A stretch of DNA of 64,000 bases. It comes from Phaeosaccion multiseriatum. Lineage: Eukaryota > Protista > Ochrophyta, other classes. This document shows, one piece after another, positions 1 to 35,272 of this stretch. Below the pieces are notes generated by a model. That model made no database searches. It saw nothing but the letters and a program-made list of their open reading frames with translations, and was not told the DNA's origin. A program made the position numbers and the translations under genes. The DNA is taken from the NCBI GenBank assembly GCA_965112735.1, contig OZ218965.1:248001-312000 (forward strand), written 5' to 3'. Position 1 is the first letter of the stretch. Every line of letters starts with the position of its first letter.

Positions 1-1063
1 ATGGTGACCAAGCTGTGCAGTATGGCCGACAAGCGCGTGATCATCTCCTTCGCCCCGGACTCGTGGTACTACTCCTTCCTTAAGAAGGTACCTGCTGCAG
101 CCTACGTAACTTACTTACGTACTTGCCTGCCTGTCTGTATGCCTCCCCTCTGCGTGTCCACACCTCGCCATCTGTGACCCCTCCCATCGCGCCCAAGGTG
201 TTTTCAAGTCATGGACTGAGCGAGTCATGGACCTAGCGATCACTCCCTTCCTCTCCTCCGGTTGTGTGCTGCCTACTTAACTAACGTACTGCCTGTGTGT
301 GCGTGCGTGCGTGCGTGTGCGTGCGTGTGCGTGCGTGTGCAGATCGGAGAATTCTTCCCCGGCCCCTCCAAGACCACTCGCGCGTACTTGCACAAGGAGG
401 AGGCAGTCACCAAGGTGAGTCACCCCATCGCGTGTGTGTGCGTGTGTGTACGTGTGTGTGCGTGTGTGTGTGCGTGTGTGTGCGTGTGTGTGTGCGTGTG
501 TGTATGTGCATGTGTGCGTGTGTGCACGGGAGGGGGGTGACCCTCCCTCTCCGTTACCTCTCCTTCCGTCCTGGTGGTGTGGCTGAGGAGCCCCTCTCCT
601 GAAATGGGCAGGCATATGGGCAGGCATACAGACGGGCAGGCATATGGGCAGGCATGTGGGCAGGCATATGGGCAGGCATGCGGGCAGGCATGCGGGCAGG
701 CATGTGGGCAGGCATGTGGGCAGGCATATGGGCAGGCATATGGGCAGGCATGTGGGCAGGCATGTGGGCAGGCATATGGGCAGGCATACAGACGGGCAGG
801 CATATGGGCAGGCATGTGGGCAGGCATGTGGGCAGGCATGTGGGCAGGCATGTGCGCAGGCATGTGGGCAGGCATGTGGGCAGGCATGTGGGCAGGCATG
901 TGGGCAGGCATACAGACGGGCAGGCATACAGACGGGCAGGCATATGGGCAGGCATGTGGGCAGGCATGTGGGCAGGCATATGGGTAGTCTTACGGGTCCT
1001 AGGCCGAAGGAGGACGGGACGCTGTTGGCCTCTCTGTGTGTGGCGGAGAGTAACCCTAGTGGT

Positions 1064-1111
<48 letters not shown>

Positions 1112-1426
1112 GTGTGTGTGTGTGTATATATATGTGTGTGTGTATATATATATATGTGTGTGTATGTGTGTGTGTGTGTATATATATATGTGTGTGTGTG
1201 TGTCGGAGAGGGACGTGATTGGTCTTTCTGTGTCGAGTGCTGTGGAGATATCAATGTGCGGCTCTCTCACGGACACTTCTATCTTGTGTGTGTACGTGTG
1301 TGTGTGTGTACGTGTGTGTGTGCGCGCGCTCAGGCCCTGGCGGACGCAGGCTTCAAGGTGAAGCGTAACTCCATGACCTCCACCAACTTCTACTACTCAC
1401 GCCTGCTGGAGGCCGTCAAGGAGTAG
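1..1426 (+). CDS. chlM: Mg-protoporphyrin IX methyltransferase, 3' part (exons <1-87, 343-414, 1334-1426)
   Basis: The spliced translation ...VIISFAPDSWYYSFLKK|IGEFFPGPSKTTRAYLHKEEAVTK|ALADAGFKVKRNSMTSTNFYYSRLLEAVKE* matches the ChlM C-terminus (ISFAP..YY..LK.IGE.FPGPSK.TRAYLH; FY.SRLLEA). Both introns are GT-AG, phase 0. Confidence 0.93.
607..984. repeat. 12-bp minisatellite (GGCAGGCATRTG)n in a chlM intron
   Basis: About 30 visible tandem copies of gggcaggcatat/gggcaggcatgt. The same word recurs throughout the window. Confidence 0.95.
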
Positions 1427-2269
1427 TGCAGTTGGTGATACAGAGCAGAGCTTGTGCATGCAGGCAAAGGTGCGACGCCCAATGGATGGCAATGGATGGA
1501 GAGGGGAGGGATAGAAGTCCCTTAGACGTTTAACAGAGCCGGGCAGCCGGGCAGTCTTGCCGTGGGACAGATTAGAGGTATACGGGGCCGCCCTGTCCCG
1601 TGCATGTACTATATATACACTCACGGGGAGGGTGGATTGACTTATAGTGTGGCGCGGGTTGATAGATAGGTTTACACGTAACATTATTTACTTGTGTTGA
1701 TGACCACGCTCGGTAAAATAAAGGATGGTACCATAAGTCCGGTGTATAAAGGCCAGAGCAGCTGTGCTGTGCTGTGCTGCTGTGCGGTTGGCCCTCCCCT
1801 CCGTTGAGTGCCATCCCTTCCCCGCCTCTGCAGCTCTAGCCTGCAGCTTTAACATGCCTCTCCTGGCCGCCTCGGAGCGTACTGCCTGTTACGGCCTGTT
1901 ACTGCACCGAACCGAACCTGCACGTCGCCTCACGACGATAGCGAAGGGAGGGGCCCATCACTCTGACTCCCACTGACAGGAGAGGGCTCTGGCAGAGAAG
2001 GCTCTTGCCGCTAGACCTAATCGTGTCAAGCATCGTGTCAAGCGGAAGGGAGAAAGGAGCCCGCCAGTGCCACTGACGGTGTGCCACCGCCCGTATGCCT
2101 GTATGCCCGCCATACCCGTCATACCCGTATGCCTGTATACTCGTCCATCCCATCAGGTCCTGAGGTCAGACGCCCCCTCTGCCCCCCCCTCCGTTCGCTT
2201 CTCCATGTCCTCCTTGCTGACTTACTTGGGCGGCAGGCCCTGAGGCCATTGTCAGGCCTTCTCGTTGAC

Positions 2270-5200
2270 TTACTTGCGCAGCAGGGCTGTGAGGCTGTCC
2301 ATGGCCTGCTGCACCGTCAGCAGCCTTTGCGCATTCACCTCCGAACACACTTTCGCCACCTCCTCCTCCGACCATCCCGCCACCCCCGCCAGAGAGGCCA
2401 GACGTGCCCCCCCGGGCACCATGGGGTAGTCCTCCAGCAGGCTGAAGGTGGCCAGTCCCCCTTCCGCCAACGACACGGTGAGCTCGTTGAACTCCGGGCG
2501 GTGCTTGACCACATAGCTTCGCTCCAGGAGCCGCACGTGCTCAGCGGTGGTCTTCTCACAGAGCACTCTCTGCTGGACACTCCTCGCGAGGAGTCGTAGC
2601 CCCTCCGCGCTGCCCCCACCCCTGCTCCTCGGCTCAGATGCCTTGGCCTGGGCGAGGGCCACGATGTCTTCCATGCGCCTTGGTAGCTTGTTCTGTAACG
2701 GTCCCCCCTCCCCCTCCCCGCCTTCGGAGTCACCGCCTGATGGTGATTCTGTAACGCCGCTGCTGCTGTGGCGCACAGACTCAATGGTGCCGTCCTTCCT
2801 GCGGATGGTCACGTCCAGCACAGTGGTCACAGTTGGCACTGCACCACCAACTGCTGCAGCGGTGAAGACGAGCTGCAACCCCATGTGCGACCCTCTGCCG
2901 CCACCGCCACCGCCGCTATCTCCCTTGCCGGAGCCGCCCCTGCCGCTGCCGCCGCTTCTGTGACCACTCCTGCCCGACGGAGGGCTCTTCTCAACCATAT
3001 GCACGCCTCCGACTTGCTCCAGCGCCAGCGTGGCCTGGACAGTGAGTGCGGTAGTGTAGGGCGGTGCAGTGAGGGAGTGGCAAGTCGGTCAGTCACTCCG
3101 TCCATCGCTCGATAGGGCCAAGCAAAGCTCTGAGCGAAGCAAAGGGCACTTCCAAAGAGAATGAACAAACACACCACCCTCTCCACAGACAAACACCATC
3201 ACACCATCACACCCACACCACCCACATACATACAGATACGCACACACACCTCCTGGAAACACGCCTTGATGTCCTCCGCCTGTTGCAGGCCGCTCGTGCT
3301 CTCCGCCATCTCCGCCTAGAGACCAGAGAGGGACACAAACATACACACACACGCACACACACAGAGAGAGAGAGGAGAGAGACGCAGAAATACACACAAA
3401 GAGGGAGGGAGGGAAGGCGAGTGAGTGAGTGAGTGAGTGAGTGAGAGAAAGAGAAGGAAAGACACCGGAGGAGGAGGCGAAGGAGGGGGGGGGGGGGGGG
3501 CAAGTGAGTGAGCCGGAGCATCATCCACTGCCATCCACTGCCATGCTCTGCCATCCACTGCCATCCACTGCCCCTGCCCCTCTCGGCCTGACCTGTAGCT
3601 CCTCCTCGTTCCAGCCCGCGACATCAATGCCCCCCGCCTCTCCCACGCCCTCGATGTCCTCCACCGCCATGTCCCCCACTTCCCGCGCCTCGTTCTCCTC
3701 CATCTGCAACACCTGGGGGGATGGCAGTGGATGGGGGAGGGGCACGCCGAGTCAATCACTCACTCTCTCTCTCACTCACTCACTCACTCACTCACTCAAT
3801 CAATCAATCAACCAGCACATAATCAGGCCATACAGACTCAGGGCAGAGGCTCAGGGCAGGAGTGAGGGAGGGATCGATCGGAGCAAAGAGCACACGCAAA
3901 CTGAGCTGCTTCGATATCACTCCAATTCGATGTTCGATATTGATAAGGTCACATTAACTGAAAATTGACGCAAGGCCGCACCGCTCCCCTCCCTGCACAC
4001 TCCTGCACCCCTCCCTACCGCCAGGCATACCCCCCCCCCCCCGCTCTCGGCCTGCCCCTATCGCAAGCAATGCCCCTCCTCACCTCCTACTAAGTCAATA
4101 AATCCTCCCCTCCTTACCTCTTGCTTCAGCTCCATGCCCGTGTGCTTGCTCTGCTGTAAACCCGCCAGCAGCCTCCTTTTCTTCTCCCTCTGCTCCGAGG
4201 CTCGCCGTGCCCTCCTCTCGCGAGCAGCAGCAGCAGCAGCCGCCGCTGCTGCCTGCCCCTCACCCCCCTCACCCTCCTCTTCGCCCTCCGCCCCCACCCC
4301 CTCCTCCCCACCCCCCACCAGGGGTACAGTCACATCCAAGACGGAGCGCCCCGATGCCGCACCCCCTGCAAGAGGATGAGAGCCTGCCCCTGACCCATGC
4401 AAGGCAGGCCCGCGCCTCGAGGAGCCCGCCCGGGTGGAGGAGCGCGAGGCCGAGAGGGGCGTCGCGCCCGAGGAGGAGGAGGAGGAGGAGGAGGAGGAGG
4501 AGGAGGCGGCACTGCTTGCGTCAGGGGCAGAGGACGCTGCTGTCGCCGCCACTCGGAGCCGCTCCACCTCCTGTGCAAGATGTTCCTTCTTCGCGCCGAC
4601 CTCCGCCTGTTGAGGTAACATGTTGGGGTAACATGTTACGGGGTAACATGTTGGGTTAACATGTTGGGTTAACATGTTGGGGTAATATGTTGGGTCACGT
4701 GTTGGCGTACGCCATTGCGAGAATGGGAAGGGAAGACACGCTCGGGGCGGGGTGGGGCGTTCGCTACCTGACACCAAGTACATCCCTCATCTCACTGCCA
4801 TCCAGTGCCATCGACCCACCTTTCGTTGCCTCACTCGCGTGATGCATACCCTGACTGCCCTTCCCTGTTCCGCCGCTGCCTGCGCCGCCTCCGTGATCTC
4901 CGCCGCCTCCTGCGGTTGGTCCGGATGGTCCTCTAAGGCAGGCATACGGGCATATGGGGATCCGGGCAGGCAGAGCCGAAGCCGGGGGCAGCGTCAGAGC
5001 CAGGGCCGTAGGCAGGCATACAGGCAGGCATGCCAAGGGGGGGAGGAGGGTGGGGCGGTATGGACCGCGGCGAAAGACAGGGCCCTGCAGGGTGTGTGTC
5101 CTTCACGCATTCACTGACCTATCTTACCATTAAACACCAGCCCATCTTCCTCCCTGGTAATGTTCTCTATAAGCAGCTCCTGGTATCGACTGCTCAGGTG

Positions 5201-5551
5201 CTGCAGCATGCCTTGTCCGAGTTCGGCCCGCGACTTGCGGAGCCGCTCGACTGCCTCTGTGTCTGTGTCTGTCTCTGCCGCAGGCCCGAGGTGTTGTAAG
5301 GCTTCGAGCTTTTGGTGTTGTCTGGTGTGGAAAAGCAGGGAGAGCGACATGAGAGGGAGCGATTAAAGTGCGTGAGGTGGAGTCCTTTGGGCCCTTCCGT
5401 GCCCCCCTTCCGCCTTTTGAGAGCAAAACGTTGCAACACCTTCGAGAGTCGCGCTCACCCGCGCTGCACACGCACATACACACACGCACCTTTTTATCAA
5501 GTTCCCCAGCGAGTGGCTCGTCCCGCTCGAGTCTCCAGGAGCAGACGCCAT
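2270..5551 (-). CDS. Coiled-coil + C-terminal tandem RWD-like protein, possibly Zwint-1/KNL1-RWD kinetochore family (exons 5551-5490, 5321-5128, 4932-4850, 4606-4118, 3712-3593, 3315-3250, 3034-2270)
   Basis: Seven exons join in frame via GT-AG sites. The heptad-rich N-terminal half is followed by an RWD-like region with a YP motif (NELTVSLAEGGLATFSLLEDYPMVPGGARLASLAGVAGW...). The family call is by motif resemblance only. Confidence 0.6.
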
Positions 5552-6038
5552 GATCATCCCACGGGATCTCAATCAACCGAGAGGTTGCGGACGGGGGTGA
5601 TGAGGAGGGTGCTACAGGTCCTGTTGGCCACTCGCCATGGCCGGAGTAGGGGAGGGGTGTCTCTCAAACTATCTTCCGAGCCTTATCGATTCGCTTCCTT
5701 AAAGCGACGGCCCTCCCAAGCCCTCCTTCCTCACCCCTCTTACGTTGTGACAGTTTGAATGAGGCCAAGGGACGACAAGGGGGGGGGAAAGATTTGCTTC
5801 CGTCCAATTTCCTCCTAGCAAGCCAGATGGTAGTCTCTGCTGTTGGAAAGTGCTCCAGGTAGACTGTACGTGGAGGCAATGCTCTTAGCTTATCAATGGA
5901 AAGAGCTTTTGAATAAAGAGAGGGGGAGGCCAAGAAAATTTCTCATTGACATAATAATCGCTCGGCAGGATTCTTTAGGCTTGGTGGTGGCTGGAAGGCT
6001 CTCTCTCACAGCCAATCGCGTACATCGCGCGGCCGGGG

Positions 6039-16120
<10,082 letters not shown>

Positions 16121-16426
16121 GCAGAGCAGAGGGCTTTGTGTTTGTGACCACTGGGGGGACCAAAGCATTAAATTAAACAGTCGTTGTTGTAACGACCTTC
16201 GTTTCCACTCGTTGCGACGGACGAGGGAATGTGAAAAGAGGAGCGGAATCACCGCTGCGCACTTCACTTCATCGATTGCTTGTGTGTATTATAAAATGTA
16301 TATTGGTGGGCCATGGTCTAAGTGTATACATACATATATGCTAGGCACATCAACTTCAATCACGCCATCGAGTGTCGGGTCGGCCTAAGATTCATCTTGC
16401 ATTCCCGTTCAGATGACTGAAGCATA

Positions 16427-19400
16427 TCACAGCTGTACCACCACCACGTTGGGGTCGTCGTCCTTGACAGCGGCGCTCAAGTCATCCTCCAGCTCTGCCC
16501 CAAGGTCCTTGCGGCTCGAGAGCTGCCCGCTCACCGCCAGTATGTAGGCAACGTAAGCCTGTGCGTCCATTGCCATCGCTCCGTCGGCTCCGCTCTCTCC
16601 CTCGGCGGCCGATACGCTTTGCTCGTCCTCCTCCTCCCAGCCCTCGTCCTCCTCCCATCCCTCCTCCTCCTCCTCCTCCCCTTCCTCCTGCCCCCCCGCC
16701 GCACCTCCTTCCTGCCCCTGCTGCCAGCCTTCGTCATCCGCCTCACCCCCCACTATTATCTCGACAGTCTTGCCTTTGAGCAGCTTCGCCTCATTGAAGA
16801 GCAAGTTGCCCACTGCCGCCTTCCTCACCTCCCCCGTGAATCGTCTCAAGTCCATGATATCCTTCATGTCCGGGTCCTCCTGCAGACGAATGGAAGATAC
16901 CCGTGGCCCTCCGTCCTTCCACGGCTCGAACACCCTCGCCTTGACCGCCTCAGCGAAGAGGTCCGGTTCAAAGGCCAGCGCCGCTCTTCCACTCGTGCGC
17001 TCCTCCAGCGGCAAGGCGTGTTTGAGGTTGATGATGGCGCTATAGGCCGCAGCATTCGCCTGTAGCCCCCTATCCTTCATGTGGTCGAGCTGCTCCAATG
17101 CAATCTCCAATGCCCCTGCCCGGCAAAGAGCCGTGATGAGCGCATTATAAGCAGGCGTGTCGATACGCACTTCTCCCCCCTTCGCCCCGCGCAGCCCGGG
17201 CTCGTTGGTACGCATGTCACGCGCGAGACTAAGTGCCCCGTCACACTCATTGGCGTTACAGAGTGCCAGGAGCACAGGGTTCATTCGCACCTCATCACTC
17301 ACAAGCATGCCCTTGTCCATGCTTTCCACCACGTACTGCGTGCGGTACACAAGGCCACGGCGAGCAAACACCTTGAGCAGCGTGTGGTAGGCGGGCCTGT
17401 CGGGGTGGAAGTCGTTCTCCCGCATGTCGAGGAACACCAACCAAGCAAGCTCGTACTTCCTCGCCCGTAGACACGCCGTTACGAGACGGCTGCTCGTTTT
17501 GGGGTTGCGCTGTGTCGGGCCCCATTCGGGCTGCCCCATCAAGTGGTGCATGGTCATGGCTTGCGAGAGCTCCTTCGCCTCCATGAGGGCCACGAGCAAG
17601 GTGTCCCAGCTCTTGTGGTGTGGGAACATGCCGTCCGCCTGCATCTCCTGCATGATGGACCAGCCTTGCTCCACCTCCCCCGCCCGGTTCAGTGCGGCCA
17701 CCAGCCAGTCATACGTATCCCTCTCCTCTTCAAACTCGTCAAAGGTCCCCTTCATGGACTCTCTCGCCGCTGACAGCTCGTCCAGGGCCTGCTCGTGCTG
17801 CCCCGCCTCCGCCAGCAGCTGGATGAGTTGGTTATACGAGTCCTGCGTGACTTCGATGTCCCTCTCTCGCATGAGAGCCACCGTGTCCAGGGCGTGTTGG
17901 TGCCGCTTGGCCTTACAGACAGCCCCCAGATACGTGTTCCACCCCTTGTCCGAGACCCCCTCCCTCCCCTCCTCCTCCCTCCCCACCTCCTCCTCCCACA
18001 GATCTGCCGCCAGCTCGTACAGCGCCGGGTCGCTGCTGCACGCCGCCACAAGGTCGGTGACAATGCCCACGTGGGGGCGGAGTCCGTCGCTTCGCATCTC
18101 GTCAAAGGCCATCATGGCGTTGGTGTGATTGCCAGTTGTGAGGCACGCCCCGATGAAGGCGTTGTGCGTGTCCTCGTCGGGCGTCACCCCCGAATCCGGC
18201 CTTCTCATCTCCGCCAGCATGTCGAGGGCCTTGTGATACTGTGTGGGTTCCGTGCTGACACACATACACATGTACTCTCCGCAGCGCCGCAGCGTCTCCT
18301 CATCAGGCCGCCAGCCGTACTCCTCCGTGCGCAGCTCCTGCAGGATGGTCACCGAGCTGGTGTGGTTGGTCATACAGCCCAGCGCCGTGCTCGCACGCAT
18401 GAGGTTGTTGCCACTCTTCACGCCCACCCGAAGCTCGCTCCTGTGTTTCTTGCCCGTCACCTTCAGCGCCTCGCCGAACTCTCGTCGCACACACCACGCC
18501 GCCGTGAGGTCCTCCACACACTCATCCCCTGCGGTGATTCCCCACTCGTCCATCTTGCTCAGCACAAGCTTGGCCTTGTGGGGCAGTGCGCACCTCGCGT
18601 ACGTTGAAACAAGCGCGCTATACACGTCCGGGTGCTTGGCGAGTCCGTCGGCCTTGAGCCCCTTCATGAGCTGTGCGGCTTTGGCATGCTTGCCCGCGTT
18701 GCCGCACGCCTCCACAGCGGCAGCATAGGCAGCCGAGTCAGGCGTCAACCCCTGTGCTCGCAACGTGTCCATGAGGGCCAGGGCCCCGGAGCAGTGCCCA
18801 CTCTCGGCGCAGGCTGCGAGGGCGGTGTTGTAGCTGGCCAGCGGGGGGGCGAGACCCGCCTTGGACTTGGTCAGCCCCCGGAACTGTACCTTCTTGACGC
18901 CCTGCCAGTTCTCCTCCTCGCCGAGCTCCTCCACATAGGCAAGGAAGGCCTCCTCCCCGTCGGTCATATCATTCTCCCATTCCCAACCCTCTACACCCCC
19001 CCAACCCTCGTCCTCGTCCTCGTCCTCCTTCCCCCGCTCCTCCTCCCCCTCCTCCCCATCCCCTCCCCCACCCGCGTTCTTCCACACCGCGTCGGCGTTG
19101 AGCGTACCGTCGAGCCAAGGTGTGTTTTCCGTGACGACCACCTTGGGCATTTTCTCGACGATGGCCGCCCTCTCTCTCTCTCTTCTCTGAAGCAGATCTG
19201 CCTCTGCCTCGCCTCCTCCATCAGGAAAGAAAGACGATGACGACAGCCAAGACCTTGCCCTGCCGCCCCTGCTGCTACCGCTAATATATCTCCCTCGCTG
19301 CTGCTGCTGCCCTCCTTTCCCTAGTGCTGTCGCCCACGCCGTGCTCCTCGGCTGCTGCCGCCGACCCTCTGCTGCCCCTGTTACTGCTGCGGGGGCGGCA

Positions 19401-19705
19401 TGGCTACTGCAAAAGAAGGACTTGCCGAGAGCGGGGGCGACAAAGGCCGAGGCCTGGCCGCCTCTACTGCTGCTGCTCACGGACGTCTTGCCCCTGCCCC
19501 TACTCGTGGTCATGGCTGTTCTAGTTACGCTCATGTGCTTCGCATCTGCGCCGTTGCAGCCCGCACGGCGCGTCCATGACTCGTGCCCGGCCACTGCTGA
19601 CTGGCCGCAGCTCCCCGCAGCCGCCCCCATCACTACCACCGCCGCCGTGGCGGCTCCAACGAGAGATGGCATCCCCCCCCTTCCCCGTCGTTTCCCCAAG
19701 CCCAT
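16427..19705 (-). CDS. Intronless pentatricopeptide-repeat protein with C-terminal SMR-like domain, probably plastid-targeted
   Basis: Single open frame of ~1090 aa (first ATG 19705) with many PPR motifs (SYNTALAACAESG, AYAAAVEACGNAG, SYNQLIQLLAEAG, AYNALITALCRAG). The C-terminal MDLRRF...VEIIVG is SMR-like, and the N-terminus has a hydrophobic stretch plus ASAFVAP. Confidence 0.88.
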   Translation of the reverse strand: MGLGKRRGRGGMPSLVGAATAAVVVMGAAAGSCGQSAVAGHESWTRRAGCNGADAKHMSVTRTAMTTSRGRGKTSVSSSSRGGQASAFVAPALGKSFFCSSHAAPAAVTGAAEGRRQQPRSTAWATALGKGGQQQQRGRYISGSSRGGRARSWLSSSSFFPDGGGEAEADLLQRRERERAAIVEKMPKVVVTENTPWLDGTLNADAVWKNAGGGGDGEEGEEERGKEDEDEDEGWGGVEGWEWENDMTDGEEAFLAYVEELGEEENWQGVKKVQFRGLTKSKAGLAPPLASYNTALAACAESGHCSGALALMDTLRAQGLTPDSAAYAAAVEACGNAGKHAKAAQLMKGLKADGLAKHPDVYSALVSTYARCALPHKAKLVLSKMDEWGITAGDECVEDLTAAWCVRREFGEALKVTGKKHRSELRVGVKSGNNLMRASTALGCMTNHTSSVTILQELRTEEYGWRPDEETLRRCGEYMCMCVSTEPTQYHKALDMLAEMRRPDSGVTPDEDTHNAFIGACLTTGNHTNAMMAFDEMRSDGLRPHVGIVTDLVAACSSDPALYELAADLWEEEVGREEEGREGVSDKGWNTYLGAVCKAKRHQHALDTVALMRERDIEVTQDSYNQLIQLLAEAGQHEQALDELSAARESMKGTFDEFEEERDTYDWLVAALNRAGEVEQGWSIMQEMQADGMFPHHKSWDTLLVALMEAKELSQAMTMHHLMGQPEWGPTQRNPKTSSRLVTACLRARKYELAWLVFLDMRENDFHPDRPAYHTLLKVFARRGLVYRTQYVVESMDKGMLVSDEVRMNPVLLALCNANECDGALSLARDMRTNEPGLRGAKGGEVRIDTPAYNALITALCRAGALEIALEQLDHMKDRGLQANAAAYSAIINLKHALPLEERTSGRAALAFEPDLFAEAVKARVFEPWKDGGPRVSSIRLQEDPDMKDIMDLRRFTGEVRKAAVGNLLFNEAKLLKGKTVEIIVGGEADDEGWQQGQEGGAAGGQEEGEEEEEEGWEEDEGWEEEDEQSVSAAEGESGADGAMAMDAQAYVAYILAVSGQLSSRKDLGAELEDDLSAAVKDDDPNVVVVQL

Positions 19706-20199
19706 CGCCGACTGGGTCCGTTGAAATTGGCACCCGGCAGCGCACAAGCAGTACAGACGCTGTCCAGCAGCTGCTGTGAGTCGCGCCCCCTGCCCTCTCG
19801 ATGCTGCGCCCTTGCACTCTCTGAATGTGTGGCGTTCACTGTTTTGGGGAAAACATAAGTCAGTGGCCCTGCCTTCAGCAAGAGAAATCGCTTTTCTCTC
19901 TTCTCCTTCCTCCCCTGATCCTGATCGGGAGAGAAGAGCAATGTGAGAGTGGTAAGAGGTGTGGCGTCGGTGTGCTCACTGGGTGCCGCGTTCTTGAGAC
20001 TTCAAGGCCATGATTGCTTGTCTCAAAGGGGCAAGTTATCTAAAGGTGAATGATCATCGTATGCAGCCATGTGTCGAAGAAGTCGCACGGAAGAGGCGGC
20101 AGGAAACGATCGGCTCAGAGTTGCGGAAGGATCGAAGGATAATCGGGAGAAGGTGGCTGCACTTCTGCTGGAGAGAGAGCGATTGTGGGGACGTCTTTG

Positions 20200-20800
20200 A
20201 CATACTAAGGCCATCCTGGCCATCTCCGGCTCTGCCTACTCTGAGGCCGCCAAGGAGAGCCGTGTGGTGCAAGTATGCTTGGTAGATAGGACAACACTCC
20301 TTGCCCTCCCTTCACGAGCTGCTCGTGGACAAGGCCGAGCAGAGCTGTGGGAGCTCTGACGGCCAGGACCGGCTTGCCCCCGCTGCATGCTGTCTCCTCA
20401 CCATGCTGCACCCGGCGGGATGTGGCTCCATGGGCATCAAGGGCAGGGTGGAGATGACGTTCAACAGAGGGGACATTACTAACGAGGGTATTGCGGCTCT
20501 CACACGGATTGCAAAGTGCTCGTGGCTGCGACGAATCAAATAGAAGGGCAAGGGGGGGAGGTCAGGTTAGCCTGCCTGTTGCGTAGAAGGGGGGGCGGAA
20601 GGTTGAGAACCTCTGCATCTTCCATCGGAGCTGGAGCTCCCTACCACAGCGAGGCAAACGAACTTGCCGCCACCGTGGGCGCCATCAAGCAACCACTTCC
20701 TCAGGTTATGAGCCTTAGAATCAACCTCTGCCGCGACAGGTTCATCTTGCGGTAGCGGAGTCTTGTGCGGCTGCTGACTGACGCTTACCCACACCAAACC
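20200..20800 (+). pseudogene. Possible degraded LRR (AMN1/F-box-LRR-like) gene fragment
   Basis: Coding-like, repeat-free GC-rich sequence giving the fragments GDITNEGIAALTRIAKCSWLRRIK* and LPQVMSLRINLC in different frames, interrupted by stops. No clean splice model was found. Confidence 0.3.
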
Positions 20801-21479
20801 CATCTGTCGACCTCTCCTTCGCTACATCTACATGCAGCACCGGAGCGGCGACCACTTGTTCAGTAGCATTGGAGTTTCTGTGTATTGTGCCTCAGAGAGC
20901 GGGTGTGATTCGTTCGGGGCGATTCATTCGGTGCGATTCATTCGGTGTGATTCATTCGGTGCGATTCAACTGCACGCCCAGGTGTCTCATAGAGCACCGA
21001 AAAGACTGTGGTATTGCTGTGGGACTGCTGTGGTATTACACGGAGTGCCTTTAAATATATGGGATTGAAAGTCGTGTCATCTCTTTCGATATCCTCTTTC
21101 CGCCTCGCCTGCCCTGGATGCACTCCTGCTGCCATTGGGCGGCCCCACGCACGCGCCCGCGGTCCCAGGGAGGTGGGCTACGGGCGGTTTACAAGCGGCC
21201 TAGTGAGGCCAGAGGCCATCGGCCTAGACCTAGATGCGGGCTTGAAGCAACCCGCTAGGCGTGGCTGGAGCCGATCCTGATCCCCTCCTTCACGCACGGA
21301 AGAGGGACAGCACAACGTTCCTCTGCAATTGACGTGGGAGGGGACATTTCATTGACTTGATAGGAATCGCGTAAGAAACAGAAAGTGTATGTGTGCGCGC
21401 GTTTTGGAGCGGGAGTGGAAATGCTTAGCTAACCCCAGAGTCCCCACATCCACTGCCATCTCCCCCGCGCCCATGCTAC

Positions 21480-34853
<13,374 letters not shown>

Positions 34854-35272
34854 TCTCTGATCCCACAGTACTGCTACAAACGACTACCGCAGATACGGGC
34901 GTTGTCTATCTATAGGATCTATGATCCCATCGTCTGTTGCGATCGTAAATAAGAAAAGGAGGATATCAAACATTTCGATTCACATTTCGTAACGGGGGCC
35001 GTCAAGTGCCTTAATTCCGTGACTTACTGACACGCCCCTCGGGCAGTGATGGCGTGCTTCGCACGTGCCTGCCCCATTTGCAGCGTGCTCTACTGTTTGT
35101 CCGTTACGGCCCCTCACTTCCTCCTCCCCTTGCTCAGTACTACGGGGAACTGAGGGAGATATAAGCGCTGGGGGGCGAGGGCAGACGATAATATCAGAGG
35201 AAAGGGAGGAGAGAGGGCGAAGAAAGGCCTGATGAAATAGGCCGGTTATTGTTTGACGAGAATATATTAAAA

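Noticed and set aside
277-1361. Long HT/CV/MPAH/GRHV ORFs
   Set aside because: These are translations of intronic micro- and minisatellites. The same applies to most track ORFs at 14521-15498, 26341-28927, 33048-33968, 38929-39899 and 61593-62111.
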